Source: Fluviicoccus sp.
Lineage (GTDB): Bacteria > Pseudomonadota > Gammaproteobacteria > Pseudomonadales > Moraxellaceae
Reading direction: 5' to 3'
Assembly: GCF_030646115.1 (NCBI RefSeq)
Contig: NZ_JAUSMX010000027.1
Span: 165,651 to 229,650 of the forward strand
Length of the DNA stretch: 64,000 nucleotides
Shown: piece after piece, positions 29,684-39,588 of the stretch
Numbering within the stretch: position 1 is the stretch's first letter
How the letters are laid out: the number at the start of each line of letters is the position of its first letter
Made by a program: the position numbers and the translations under genes
Notes under the pieces: generated by a model
Seen by the model: the letters and a program-made list of their open reading frames with translations, nothing else
Database searches by the model: none
What the model was told of the DNA's origin: nothing

Positions 29684-30907
29684 TCAACAGCCGCAGCTCA
29701 CCTTTTCATCATAAAACTCGTAGTGGCCCCGCAACTGCTCGCGACCCATCACCCAGCGCATGGAACGCCGCGTGCAGGTGCAGGAACCGCTGCTGACGTT
29801 CCCCTGTGAAGCATTGTTGCGCGCCTGTTCGGCCTCGCGTTTCCGCGCCGCGACCGCCTCTTTCGCGGCGGCTTCCTGGGCGGCAATGGCTTTAGTCGTC
29901 TCTTCCAGGAATTGGGCGTTCTTTCGGCCATAACTGGCGGCGGCCTGCAGGCTCGCGCCCTTGCTGATCAGGTATTCCCCCACCAGCCGGTAGTTTGCGC
30001 CCAGCGCGGTGTTGTCACTGTTGGTCAGGAAGTACAACGCCGGGCCGACATGCTCAGCCTCGTGGTTGACATCCGCCCCGGCCTCCACCAGCACCATCAC
30101 CGCATTCAGTAAATTCTCCTCGCCGCGCTTGAGGACCTCCGGAGAGCCGCCAGCCCGGTTTTCCTTGACCAGCTGCTGCAGCGGCGCGGTGCCGTATTTC
30201 TCCAGAGCGTTGGGATTGGCGCCTTTCAGGATCAGGTACTGGATCAATTCGGCATTGCCCCGGTTGGCGGCTTGATGCAGCGCCGTTGTGCCGTAGTCGT
30301 TGGCGCCGTTCACCTTCGCACCCTTCTCCACCAGCAAGCGCACCATCTCCAGGTTGTTGTTGCCTGCCGCGGCGCGCAACTCCCGGCTGTCATTGCCGTC
30401 CACCCTGGCACCATGCGCCAGCAGCAGTTTCAAGGCTTCCAGGTTGTTTTCCTCGGCGGCATAGCCAGTGGGGTCAACATAGACATAACTGGTCGTTCGC
30501 GGGTCCTGAGTCTGTGCGTTGGCGCTCGCGCCGTGCTCCAGCAGCCAGACCATCAGGTCCATGTCCTTGCGCATCAGGGCCAGGATCACCGGCGTTCCCC
30601 GGCCGCCGCCGCTGCGGTCGGGATTTGCTCCGTGGGTTACCAGGTACTCGACGACCTCGCGGTGATCGTTTTCGATGGCCAGCTTGATGGCATTGGTGCC
30701 ATTCCAGTCGTCATTGATGTCAACGCCGCTTTCTATCAGCTTCTGGACTTTCTTCAGCTTGCCTTTTTCAGCGGCGGCGATAATGTCGGGTTTGGGCGGG
30801 ACCTTGGCGGCGGCCGGGGCACTGAGGCCCAGGCTGAGAATGAACAGCATCAACAATGACGTAAAGGCGGTCCTGACGGGGGTGAGGCAAGGTGCGTCCA
30901 TGAGCAT
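29684..30907 (-). CDS. Exported ankyrin-repeat protein
   Basis: Signal peptide; repeated GA.VN...TALH.AA units; Cys-containing C-terminal tail. Confidence 0.88.
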   Translation of the reverse strand: MLMDAPCLTPVRTAFTSLLMLFILSLGLSAPAAAKVPPKPDIIAAAEKGKLKKVQKLIESGVDINDDWNGTNAIKLAIENDHREVVEYLVTHGANPDRSGGGRGTPVILALMRKDMDLMVWLLEHGASANAQTQDPRTTSYVYVDPTGYAAEENNLEALKLLLAHGARVDGNDSRELRAAAGNNNLEMVRLLVEKGAKVNGANDYGTTALHQAANRGNAELIQYLILKGANPNALEKYGTAPLQQLVKENRAGGSPEVLKRGEENLLNAVMVLVEAGADVNHEAEHVGPALYFLTNSDNTALGANYRLVGEYLISKGASLQAAASYGRKNAQFLEETTKAIAAQEAAAKEAVAARKREAEQARNNASQGNVSSGSCTCTRRSMRWVMGREQLRGHYEFYDEKVSCGC

Positions 30908-31032
30908 GCTCCAGGGGGAGGTTGGCAGGTTTTATTCGGTGATGTCGGGGGTATTCTCCATCGCGGGAAGCGGGGCAGGCAATAGGGGAGATCGGGGCAA
31001 AGCCGGAGCGGATTTTTCCGGGAAACAGATAT

Positions 31033-31068
31033 TGTTCGTCCGCAAGGGCGCATGCGATGCGCCCCAAC
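31033..31068 (-). repeat. Orphan REPIN half (A arm)
   Basis: TGTTCGTCCGCAAGGGCGCATGCGATGCGCCCCAAC, near-identical to 29634-29669. Confidence 0.85.
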
Positions 31069-31078
31069 GACTGGATAT

Positions 31079-31360
31079 TCAGCATTTCAGCGAGTCCATC
31101 CACCGCTTCCGCTCCGCCGTATAAAACCACCACGGCCGCGCCTCTTCTCCATCCATAAACCGGGTAATGGATATGAACGTATCCAGCATGCACGGATCGG
31201 CATGCACCCCGTCAATCTCCGCCAGCCGGTCATACAGCGCCAGCGGGCAGCAGCCCGCCAACTGCCCCGGCTCGGTAATGCCCAGGCGTTGAAGATCGCC
31301 TGCCACGGCCTTACCCACATTGGGCAGGTCGGTCAGTTTGCGCACCTGTTCGCGGATCAC
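31079..31360 (-). CDS. Small HhH protein (Cdd1/pathogenicity-locus-like)
   Basis: LTDLPNVGKAVAGDLQRLGI...LYDRL...DPCMLDTF...PWWFYT. Confidence 0.8.
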   Translation of the reverse strand: MIREQVRKLTDLPNVGKAVAGDLQRLGITEPGQLAGCCPLALYDRLAEIDGVHADPCMLDTFISITRFMDGEEARPWWFYTAERKRWMDSLKC

Positions 31361-32298
31361 TTTCGCAGGGTTGATGGTATCGCCTCCCGGTAAAGCCTCG
31401 CCCGGTCCAGTTCCGCCTGCACCGCCGCCTCCACCGACGCCAGCGCCCGCCGGAACCGGACCTGTTCATCTTCGCTGCGATCATCCTCCCCCAGCAAATC
31501 CTGGATGGCCAGCGGTTCACCAATCTGCATGCGGATGGTCCACGGCACCCAGGGCAGGAACACCAGCGGCGACGACAACCAAAGCCACGTCAGCAGCAGG
31601 CGTTGACCCAGCGGCCGCTTGCCTGGCCAGAACAGGATGATGCCAGCGCCCGCCACCCCCAGCACCGTCAGCGCCCAGCGCTTCAGCCCGATCAGGCCGG
31701 GCAGCACCAGCAGCTTCGACAGCGACTTGGAGCGCCACAGGATGGGCGCGGTGTAGTGCGACCCGTAAATTCCCAGCGGCACAATGGGAATGCCCGCCTC
31801 GGCGGCAATGCGCAGGAAACCGGTACGACCGCCGAAGTCCACCCGGTTGGCCTGCCAGACCGGCCGCAACACCTCGTGATCGCCACCGGGAAAGACCAGG
31901 ATCGGCACACCGGCCGCCAGCGCCTGCCGCGCGGCCTCGTAGGTGGAAGGGATGGCGCCGCCCGCCCGCAGCAATTGGGTAAACGGGAAGACATGGAAAG
32001 TCAGCGGCAGGGTGAACCCCGCCAGCGGACGGTTGACGCCGAATTCCTGAAGCCACAGCGTAAAGAAACTGCTGAGTTCGGCAGCCGCCACGCCGCCGGA
32101 ATGGTTGGCGACCAGCAGGTAGGGGCCGTCGGTCGGCAGGTTTTCCAGCCCGCGCAGGCTGGGGCGGTGCAGCAGGCGCAGCAGGGGGCCGCCAACGCGG
32201 TTGGCGAGGGTGACCAGCGCCGGGGCAAAGCGGCCGGGGGAGTCCACCGTGATGCCGGCGGCCAAGTCGTTGAAGCTAAGCTTGTGGAAAAAGGGCAT
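31357..32298 (-). CDS. Lysophospholipid acyltransferase family protein
   Basis: LVANHSGG, VFPGGDHE, RTGFLRIA, IVPLG. Confidence 0.88.
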   Translation of the reverse strand: MPFFHKLSFNDLAAGITVDSPGRFAPALVTLANRVGGPLLRLLHRPSLRGLENLPTDGPYLLVANHSGGVAAAELSSFFTLWLQEFGVNRPLAGFTLPLTFHVFPFTQLLRAGGAIPSTYEAARQALAAGVPILVFPGGDHEVLRPVWQANRVDFGGRTGFLRIAAEAGIPIVPLGIYGSHYTAPILWRSKSLSKLLVLPGLIGLKRWALTVLGVAGAGIILFWPGKRPLGQRLLLTWLWLSSPLVFLPWVPWTIRMQIGEPLAIQDLLGEDDRSEDEQVRFRRALASVEAAVQAELDRARLYREAIPSTLRK

Positions 32299-32452
32299 GG
32301 TATGGCTTCACGGCATGAGTGACAGCGTTGCTTTGAGTATATGCGTTATGGGCAGAGTCCGCCCTGACATCCCGGCAAACACCATGACATCTGTCACTTG
32401 CTCCGCAACCGCCGCTGCGCCAGCATGTCGCTTCATACTCAGGGGGCAAACC

Positions 32453-33706
32453 ATGAACCAGACCCGTCAACTCGGCCTTGCCGGGATAGCGCTGCTCACC
32501 GCCGGCATGGCTTTTGCCGCCACACCCGCCGCTCCCGCTGCAGCTCGGCCCAAGGCGGCGTCCATGCCCGTCATCAACGCCCCCGAGAGCGGCTCCAGCC
32601 TGCTGGCCCGCACCAAGGCCCTGCTGGACAAGCCTTCCACCTGGGACCGCATTCCCGCCAAGGTGACCCTGTGCCTGTTCGCCCCCGGCGGCACCAACAG
32701 CCGCGCCTATGAATACGCCATGGGCAGCCTGTCCCAATTGCCCAAGTACACCAACATGGCCAAGGAAGTCGGCATCGACCTCAATGTCGCCTTCACCTCG
32801 CCCACCAGCCTGCGCATCGACATCGCTTCCGCCAAGCTGAAGCGCAAGGCCACCACCGACGTCAAGATCAACCTCTTCACCGACGAGCGCATCGCCTCCG
32901 AGGAATTCAAGGTCAAGCAATGCGACGGCGTGGCCATCAGCAGCCTGCGCGGCCGCCAGTACAACCCCTTTATCGGCAGCCTGGATGCCATTGGCGCCAT
33001 CTTGTCCTACCAGCAACTGACCGAGGCCATCACCTTGCTGTCCCGGCCGGAAATGGCCTCTTACATGGTCAACCAGGATGTCGAGATCGTCGGTATTGTG
33101 CCGCTGGGAGCAGCCTATGTCATGGTCAACGACCGCCGCATCAACACCCTTGCCAAGGCGGCGGGCCGCAAGGTGGCGGTGCTGGATTTCGACAAATCCC
33201 AGGCCTCCATGGTGCAGAAGATCGGTGCGCAGCCGGTGTCGGTGGACCTGACCAGCGTCGGCGGCAAGTTCAACAACGGTCAGGTGGATATTCTGGCCAT
33301 GCCCGCGCTGGCTTTCGAACCTTTGGAGCTGTACCGGGGCATGACCGACGACAAGGGCAACGCGCGCGGGGCCATCTTCAAGTTTCCGCTGCTGCAGGTG
33401 ACCGGGATGATGATGATGCACCGGGGCAAATTCCCTGACGGCATCGGCCAGCTGATGCGTGAATTCATCGCCATGCAGCTGGCGCCGGCCTACCAGTTCA
33501 TCCTGGAAACCGAGAGCGCCATTCCGGTGAAGTACTGGATGGACATTCCGGAGTCCGACAAGCCCGGTTATATCAACATGCTGCGCAGCGCCCGGCTGGC
33601 GGTGACCAAGGACGGCTTTTACGACCCGCGGATGATGAAGCTGCTGAAGAATGTCCGTTGCAAGCTGGAGCCGTCCAATTATGAGTGCAGCCTGAATGAT
33701 GAGTGA
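32453..33706 (+). CDS. Putative solute-binding protein (AdeT/DUF6091-like)
   Basis: Signal peptide; TDERIASEEFKVKQCDG, LGAAYVMVNDR, KFNNGQVDI, ALAFEPLELYRG, CKLEPSNYECS. Confidence 0.8.
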   Translation: MNQTRQLGLAGIALLTAGMAFAATPAAPAAARPKAASMPVINAPESGSSLLARTKALLDKPSTWDRIPAKVTLCLFAPGGTNSRAYEYAMGSLSQLPKYTNMAKEVGIDLNVAFTSPTSLRIDIASAKLKRKATTDVKINLFTDERIASEEFKVKQCDGVAISSLRGRQYNPFIGSLDAIGAILSYQQLTEAITLLSRPEMASYMVNQDVEIVGIVPLGAAYVMVNDRRINTLAKAAGRKVAVLDFDKSQASMVQKIGAQPVSVDLTSVGGKFNNGQVDILAMPALAFEPLELYRGMTDDKGNARGAIFKFPLLQVTGMMMMHRGKFPDGIGQLMREFIAMQLAPAYQFILETESAIPVKYWMDIPESDKPGYINMLRSARLAVTKDGFYDPRMMKLLKNVRCKLEPSNYECSLNDE

Positions 33707-33709
33707 GGA

Positions 33710-35938
33710 CTAAATCCCCTTCAGCACCGCCATCGCCCCCGGCACATCCAGCCACGACGAGGCATAGGACCGGAACAGCAGCGCCTCCGGCAGCGCCCAG
33801 TCCCATTTCTCCTGCTGCAGGTTTTTCGCTTCCACCAGCAGCGATTGCACATCCGGTACCGGCTGGTGCCGCAGCGAGCGCAGCAGGCCGGGCAGTTCTT
33901 CCGGCGTGGCGCCGCGCACGGCAATGGCCACGCCTTCCGCGGTGGCCTTCAGCCCGCGCCGGTTCAATATCAGCGCCAGCGTGTTGTTGACGGCGTCGCC
34001 GCGCCAGGTCAGCCATAGCAGTTCTTCGCCCCCCGTCAGCCACGGCGTGGCGTGCAGCCCGGCTTCGCGGTAATAGGCGCGGGCTTCGGCCAGCAGCGCC
34101 TGCGCGATGTCGTCGAGAAAAATCACCGGTTCGTCACCCGCCAGCAGCGCCTGCATTTCCTGCCGCACGCGGTCATGCAGCCGGATGCCGCCGCTGTCGA
34201 AGGCGGGCGGGGCGCCGCCCTTGTCCGGGAGCACGCTGATCTTGCGCGCCTGTTCGTCCACATCAAGCACCCGCCAGCCGCGCCCGGCGAAAATCAGTCC
34301 CTGGTCCGGCAGCAACGGCCGGCTCAGCGGCAGCGTGCCCAGCACCTTGCCCTGGCATTCCACCCGGTATTCCTCCTCGGCCTCGAAGGAGGCATAGAAG
34401 GTGTAGTGGTTGATCAGTTTCTCGCCGCGTTCGCCGGGCAGCAGCAACCCGGCGCTGTCCTGCACCAGCAGGTCCAGTTCGCCCAGATACCGCAACAGCG
34501 CCAGGAAGTCATCGCGGCGCACGGCGTCAAAGGGACCGTTCTCCACCAGTGTCTGCCACAGCCGGGCGGCGCTGATGCCACCTTTTTCCGCCACCACGGA
34601 CAAGATCTGCTGCACCAGTGTCGAGGCGTGCAGGCCGTGCGCCTGCGCCGGTTCGCACCAGCCGGCCAGCAGCAGCCGGATCATGGCGATGGATTGCAGC
34701 AGGCTTTCGTGGATGCGGTCGGAGAAGGCGGAATGGGCGGTGATTTCCGGTTCAATGTTGAAGGCGCGCAGGATGGCGGCTTCGCCGGGCCGCCGTCCGG
34801 AGCGGCCCAGCCGCTGCCGCAGCGAAGCCACCGACGACGGCGGCCCGATCTGCGCCACGCTTTTCACCGCGCCCAGGTCAATGCCCAGTTCCAGCGTGGT
34901 GGTGCAGATGGCGGTGGCGGGGCGCGAGCGGTCCTTCAGCGCGCGCTCGGTGTGTTCGCGCAGCTCCCGCGACAGGCTGCCGTGGTGCGGCCAGAATACA
35001 TTGGCCACACCCTCGGCGTCGCAGCAGCGGCGCAGGTGGTCGGCATAGGCTTCCACCTGGCGGCGGCTGTTGGGAAAGACCAGGTTGTTGCTGTGGCGCA
35101 GCGCCTTGTACAGGTGTGCGGCAATGGCCAGTTCGCAGACGGAGGGCGGGTCCACGGCCTCCGGATCGGCAGTTTTCCGCACCGGGGCCACCACCGGTTC
35201 CACATAGCCCTTGAGCAGGATCTTCAGTTCCTGGCGGGCAGCGGTGGAGACAATCACCTGCACCGCCTCCGCGTCCTGCGGCCGCAGGAACAGCGCCGCC
35301 TGCCGCATGTCGCCCAGCGTCGCCGACAGGCCGACGCGCGGAATGCGCCGTCCGGCGGCGCGTTCCGCGCGGTGCAGCAGCGACTGCAACTGCTTGCCGC
35401 GCTCGCTGCCGATAAAGGCGTGCAGTTCATCCACCACCAGATAGCGCAGGCCCGCCAGCAACCCCGGTACGGCGCTGCCGCGATTGACGAACAACGCCTC
35501 CAGCGATTCCGGGGTCATCAGCACAATGCCCTGGCCATGCTTCAGGAAGTGCTGCTTGGCGGAGACCTTGCTGTCACCATGCCAGGCGATCACCGGCAGT
35601 TCCAGCGCCTCGCACAGGCGGTCCAGACGCTCCCACTGGTCGTTGATCAGCGCCTTCAGCGGGCTGATGTAGATCACGCAGCCCGGCGACGGTTGCGCCA
35701 GCAGGTGGCTGAGGATGGGGAAGAAGGCGGCTTCGGTCTTGCCGGTGGCGGTGGCGGCGGCAATGATCACATCGCGGTCGGCGGGCAGCAGCGCCGGAAT
35801 CGCATGCTCCTGGATGTCACGCAGCTGCGTCCAGCCTTCGGCCCAGATCCAGCGGCGGATGCGTTCGTCCAGTTGCCCGAAGGCGGTGGACTCAGAGCTT
35901 GAAGCTGGCAAATTCGGCGTCCTCGTCGGCAGCGGCAT
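33710..35938 (-). CDS. sngC: Lhr-like DEAD/DEAH helicase, Shango SngC-like
   Basis: AATATGKTEA, DELH, SAT, HHGS, QRLGRSGRR; third gene of the TerB/ATPase operon; exact start uncertain (35938-35895). Confidence 0.85.
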   Translation of the reverse strand: MPLPTRTPNLPASSSESTAFGQLDERIRRWIWAEGWTQLRDIQEHAIPALLPADRDVIIAAATATGKTEAAFFPILSHLLAQPSPGCVIYISPLKALINDQWERLDRLCEALELPVIAWHGDSKVSAKQHFLKHGQGIVLMTPESLEALFVNRGSAVPGLLAGLRYLVVDELHAFIGSERGKQLQSLLHRAERAAGRRIPRVGLSATLGDMRQAALFLRPQDAEAVQVIVSTAARQELKILLKGYVEPVVAPVRKTADPEAVDPPSVCELAIAAHLYKALRHSNNLVFPNSRRQVEAYADHLRRCCDAEGVANVFWPHHGSLSRELREHTERALKDRSRPATAICTTTLELGIDLGAVKSVAQIGPPSSVASLRQRLGRSGRRPGEAAILRAFNIEPEITAHSAFSDRIHESLLQSIAMIRLLLAGWCEPAQAHGLHASTLVQQILSVVAEKGGISAARLWQTLVENGPFDAVRRDDFLALLRYLGELDLLVQDSAGLLLPGERGEKLINHYTFYASFEAEEEYRVECQGKVLGTLPLSRPLLPDQGLIFAGRGWRVLDVDEQARKISVLPDKGGAPPAFDSGGIRLHDRVRQEMQALLAGDEPVIFLDDIAQALLAEARAYYREAGLHATPWLTGGEELLWLTWRGDAVNNTLALILNRRGLKATAEGVAIAVRGATPEELPGLLRSLRHQPVPDVQSLLVEAKNLQQEKWDWALPEALLFRSYASSWLDVPGAMAVLKGI

Positions 35939-37187
35939 CCAGCGCACCGCCGGTGTCCGCCTGCACCTCCACCGCACCGATCAGGTCCTGCCAGCGCGCC
36001 TCCGGGTTCTGGTCCAGCACCGCCAGCAGGTTGATGAAGGCGGTGATGGTGGTGCGCGGGGTGCGGAAGTAGGCGTCGCCCAGCCGTCCGGCGCAGTGGT
36101 TCATGAAGGCGGGAATGGCTTCGTCCGGCAGCAGGTACTTCGCCGGGTCGCCGCCCGCATAGACATGGCGCAGCTTCTGCAGCAGCACGAAGAAGTCTTC
36201 CGGCGTCAGCCCCGACAGCCGCAGCACCGGCCCGGAGAAGTCTACCAGCCCGGCCTGGCTGAAGGTGTTTTCGGTGAGGCGCGATTGCAGGGCGGTGTAG
36301 CTGTACAGGCCGCGCCGGGTGTCGAGCAGGAATTCCGGGGTGCCGCCGAGGATGAAGCCCAGCCCTTCCGCCGAGCCCTGCAGCGAGTCGTTGAGCATGC
36401 GCAGGATCTGCTCGTAGTTGGCGTTGCGCGCCTGGGTGTTGGCCAGCTTGTAGAGGTTGACCATTTCATCCAGGCAGATCAGCAGGCCGCTGTATCCGGC
36501 CAGCCGTACAAAGCGCGCCAGCAGCTTCAACTGGTCGTACACTGCCGCGTCGTCGATGCAGCTGCGCACGCCCAGCGCCTGGCGGGCGTCGGTCTTGGTG
36601 GTGAACTCGCCGCGCAGCCAGCGGATGGCGTCGGCCTTGAGCTGCTCGTTGCCGTCCTCGAAACCCTTGCAATAGGCGGCAATCACTTCCGCGAAGTCAT
36701 AGCCGTTGACCATTTCGGTCAACTGCGCCAGCCGTTCGTGGATGATGCTTTCGCTGCTGCGGCCACTGGCCTTGGCTTCGGTCTTGGCCTGCGCCACGAA
36801 TTTTTCCACCACGCCCGCCAGCGCGCCGCCATCAGGCTTGGTGCGGGTGGACATGTTCTTCACCAGCTCGGCATACAGCGAGCGCGCCTGCCCGCCGGAG
36901 GCATGCAGACGCCGGTCGGGGTTGAGGTCGGCGTGCAGCGTCACCAGCTTCTTTTCCATGCCGATGGCGCGCACCAGGTTCAGGAAAAAAGTCTTGCCCG
37001 CGCCATATTCGCCCACCACCACCCGGAACGCCGAGCCGCCGTCGGCAATGCGGTCGATGTCGCGGATCAGGGCCTCCAACTCCTTCACCCGGCCCACCTG
37101 GATCAAGTGCTGGCCGCTGCGCGGCACCACCCCGGCGCGAAGGGACTGGATCAGGGCGTCACGGTCTTTGCTGCGGATCAAGCTCAT
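35892..37187 (-). CDS. sngB: DUF2791/BrxD-like P-loop ATPase, Shango SngB-like
   Basis: SLRAGVVPRSG, GEYGAGKT, LICLDEMVNLY, SYTALQSRL, RTPRTTI. Confidence 0.88.
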   Translation of the reverse strand: MSLIRSKDRDALIQSLRAGVVPRSGQHLIQVGRVKELEALIRDIDRIADGGSAFRVVVGEYGAGKTFFLNLVRAIGMEKKLVTLHADLNPDRRLHASGGQARSLYAELVKNMSTRTKPDGGALAGVVEKFVAQAKTEAKASGRSSESIIHERLAQLTEMVNGYDFAEVIAAYCKGFEDGNEQLKADAIRWLRGEFTTKTDARQALGVRSCIDDAAVYDQLKLLARFVRLAGYSGLLICLDEMVNLYKLANTQARNANYEQILRMLNDSLQGSAEGLGFILGGTPEFLLDTRRGLYSYTALQSRLTENTFSQAGLVDFSGPVLRLSGLTPEDFFVLLQKLRHVYAGGDPAKYLLPDEAIPAFMNHCAGRLGDAYFRTPRTTITAFINLLAVLDQNPEARWQDLIGAVEVQADTGGALDAAADEDAEFASFKL

Positions 37188-39496
37188 TCGGGCGGGTTCT
37201 CCAGGATGTCGGGATTAATTTCCAGCGGGTCGTCGCCTTCAGTCAGCGGACCGTCGGCATGGTCGAAGGCAGCCTCGTTCAGGTGCTCCAGCGCGCCGTC
37301 GGTCATCAGCCCCAGCGCAGCGGCCAGCGCCTGTACCTCGGCGCGCGCCCAGGACGGGCGAGTCAGCAGGCGGCGCAGCAGGGTGGAGTGGTCTTCGTCG
37401 AGGCCCCACAAGGTGTCGGCCTCGTCCGGCGCGGTCGCGGTGACTGCGGCCGGAGATTCAGGGCCGGGCGTCGCGGCCGCTTCCGGTTCGTCTTCCACGA
37501 ACACATCCGCCAGCAGCGCCGAGACCTGCGCCGTTTCCAATTGCAGGCGGGCAATGCGCTCAGGGTCCAGCGTCAGCACCGCACCGGGGGCGGTGGCGGG
37601 CCGGTGGCTGCCGGTCGGGGCCGGGGCGTGCAGGTCGCTGTAGAGCAGCGCCCTGTCCACCCCCAGATGCTGGTAGCACTTTTCCAGCAGTTTCACGGTG
37701 GCTGCGGAAGGCATGTCCGCCTGGCACGCCGCCTGCGCCAGCAGTTGCGCCACCGGACGGCGGGCGGCGGCGGGCAAGGCTTCCAGCCGAGGCTTGAGAT
37801 TGGTCAGCGTCGCGGGGCGTTCGCACTGCGCGCGGAAGCGGGCCTGCAGGCGGCAACGGTGGTCGGGATGCAGGTGCACCCAGGCGTCAATGCGGCGGTC
37901 CAGCCAGCGCTGCGTGGCGGCCGGATCGCTTTCAGCCGTGATCGTGACGCGCGCAGCAGCATCTATCGTCGTCATGGCAGCGAGGAAGGCCGGGGTTTCC
38001 CGCGCTTCACGGGCTTCCGCCGATTCACGGAACAGGCAGACAGTGTCATCCGGGTTGGTGAGCCTGCCACCGTGCAGCGGGTCCGGTTCCATGCCGATAT
38101 GGGCGTGGTGCAGGGCCTCGGCCAGCCCTCGTAATTGCGTCGGCGACAGCTTGTCCTCCCCATGCAGGCGGCTGACCAGCGCGGCCAGCGGCAAGGCCAG
38201 CACGCCGTCGCCCAGATCCTCCGCCAGCGCCGCCAGCGTATCCGTCAGCGTATCCGGCCATATCTCGGGCGGCAGCAGCAACAGGTTTTCCAGCGCCATC
38301 GCCTTGTCGGGGTTGCGGCTGACGGCGCGGCTGTAGGACTGCAATTCCGCCACGCAGCCGTTCACCAACTGCTGCAGGGATTTGACCGGCGCGGTAACGC
38401 GGCCCATGTCCGGCAGGTCCAGCTGGCAACGCACACCGCTGATGGTCTGCGACAAAGGCTGATAGTAAAAATTGATACGGCTCTTGTTGACCGGCAGAGG
38501 AATGCCTTTGGGAAAGTGCAGCACAAACAGCAGCCGGAACAGCTTGCGGAAGGCGTCGGGGCAGTTCCAGACCGGTTTGTAGCGGGAAATGCGGCTGTCC
38601 GCCAGCGCCCAGGCCAACGCCCAGTCCGGGGTCAGCGGTTTTTTGTCTTTCGCCAGTTGCCCCAACGGTATGCGGATGCCCGGCGACAGGCCGCGCGCCG
38701 CATAGTCCAGGTCCGGGGCGCTCAGGTATTGCCGTTCCCGCAGCTGCACGGCTTCCAGTACGGTGATCAGCTCCCGCGCCTTTTCCCGGAAAAAGTCGTG
38801 GCTGCTGTAGACGTCCAGCAAGCGCCACAGCTCGGCGAGGATGACCGGAAAATCCGTCCGGACTTTTTCATGCAGCGCGCGGCGCTCCAGACCCATGCAG
38901 AACAGCAGCAGCAGGCGCTGGTCGACGTCCGGGTCGCTGCGCCCGCCCGCCAGCCATTCCAGATAGCGGCGGCGGTTGCCGGGGGTCAGGGTGGCGTAGG
39001 CGTCGGGGTCATAGTGGTAGAAGCCCCAGTCCTGATAAATCGACGGCAGGCGGCCGTCCGGCGTGGCCGCCACAGCCAGTTCCGGATTGATCAGCGAGGG
39101 CTCGTCATGCCAGCTGCCGTTTTTCAGCTTGTGGCCGACATAGAACAGGCCGCCGCGCAGGGGCAGCCCCGCCACGATGACAGTTTCATCCGGCTCAATC
39201 CAGCGGCCGTTGAGTACAGCCTTCGACTTGGCCGTTTTTGCGGGGCGGGTGGCTGGCTCCGGTGGAGGAATGAGCAGGGATGCCTGAACCGGGGCGGAGG
39301 AGCTTTCCCGGCTTGATGCGTTATCCACGGACTGCCGCCGCATGTAATCCATGAATTCGGGGATGGAGTAGCCCTTGATTTCCAGCCCGGTCTCCCGGAG
39401 CAGGAAGCTGACCAACCGCTCGTCGTCGTCCGTGCCGGACAGCAGCGTCTGCAGCAGGTCGGCGGCGTGTTTCGGGGCGGAAGGGTCGCGGCTCAA
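37184..39496 (-). CDS. sngA: TerB_N/TerB-like/TerB_C protein, Shango SngA-like
   Basis: WIEPDETVIVAG...GGLFYVG...EPSLINP, YLEWLAGGR...GLERR, C-terminal GLM.DGALEHLNEAAFD...EGDDPLEINPD; overlaps the ATPase by 4 nt. Confidence 0.85.
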   Translation of the reverse strand: MSRDPSAPKHAADLLQTLLSGTDDDERLVSFLLRETGLEIKGYSIPEFMDYMRRQSVDNASSRESSSAPVQASLLIPPPEPATRPAKTAKSKAVLNGRWIEPDETVIVAGLPLRGGLFYVGHKLKNGSWHDEPSLINPELAVAATPDGRLPSIYQDWGFYHYDPDAYATLTPGNRRRYLEWLAGGRSDPDVDQRLLLLFCMGLERRALHEKVRTDFPVILAELWRLLDVYSSHDFFREKARELITVLEAVQLRERQYLSAPDLDYAARGLSPGIRIPLGQLAKDKKPLTPDWALAWALADSRISRYKPVWNCPDAFRKLFRLLFVLHFPKGIPLPVNKSRINFYYQPLSQTISGVRCQLDLPDMGRVTAPVKSLQQLVNGCVAELQSYSRAVSRNPDKAMALENLLLLPPEIWPDTLTDTLAALAEDLGDGVLALPLAALVSRLHGEDKLSPTQLRGLAEALHHAHIGMEPDPLHGGRLTNPDDTVCLFRESAEAREARETPAFLAAMTTIDAAARVTITAESDPAATQRWLDRRIDAWVHLHPDHRCRLQARFRAQCERPATLTNLKPRLEALPAAARRPVAQLLAQAACQADMPSAATVKLLEKCYQHLGVDRALLYSDLHAPAPTGSHRPATAPGAVLTLDPERIARLQLETAQVSALLADVFVEDEPEAAATPGPESPAAVTATAPDEADTLWGLDEDHSTLLRRLLTRPSWARAEVQALAAALGLMTDGALEHLNEAAFDHADGPLTEGDDPLEINPDILENPPE

Positions 39497-39588
39497 GGTT
39501 CAGTGTCTCGGTAACGGGGAGGGCGGCGGAATTATACGCGATAGCCTGCCCTTGCCGGGAAGTTCCGGTGCGGGAAAGCGACCGGACG

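Noticed and set aside
34052-37643. Long plus-strand ORFs (616 and 642 aa)
   Set aside because: Antisense to the helicase and ATPase genes, which carry clear motifs
33710-39496. TerB-ATPase-helicase triad as a wholly new system or as tellurite resistance
   Set aside because: Domain composition matches the described Shango defence system; no terZABCDE operon is present
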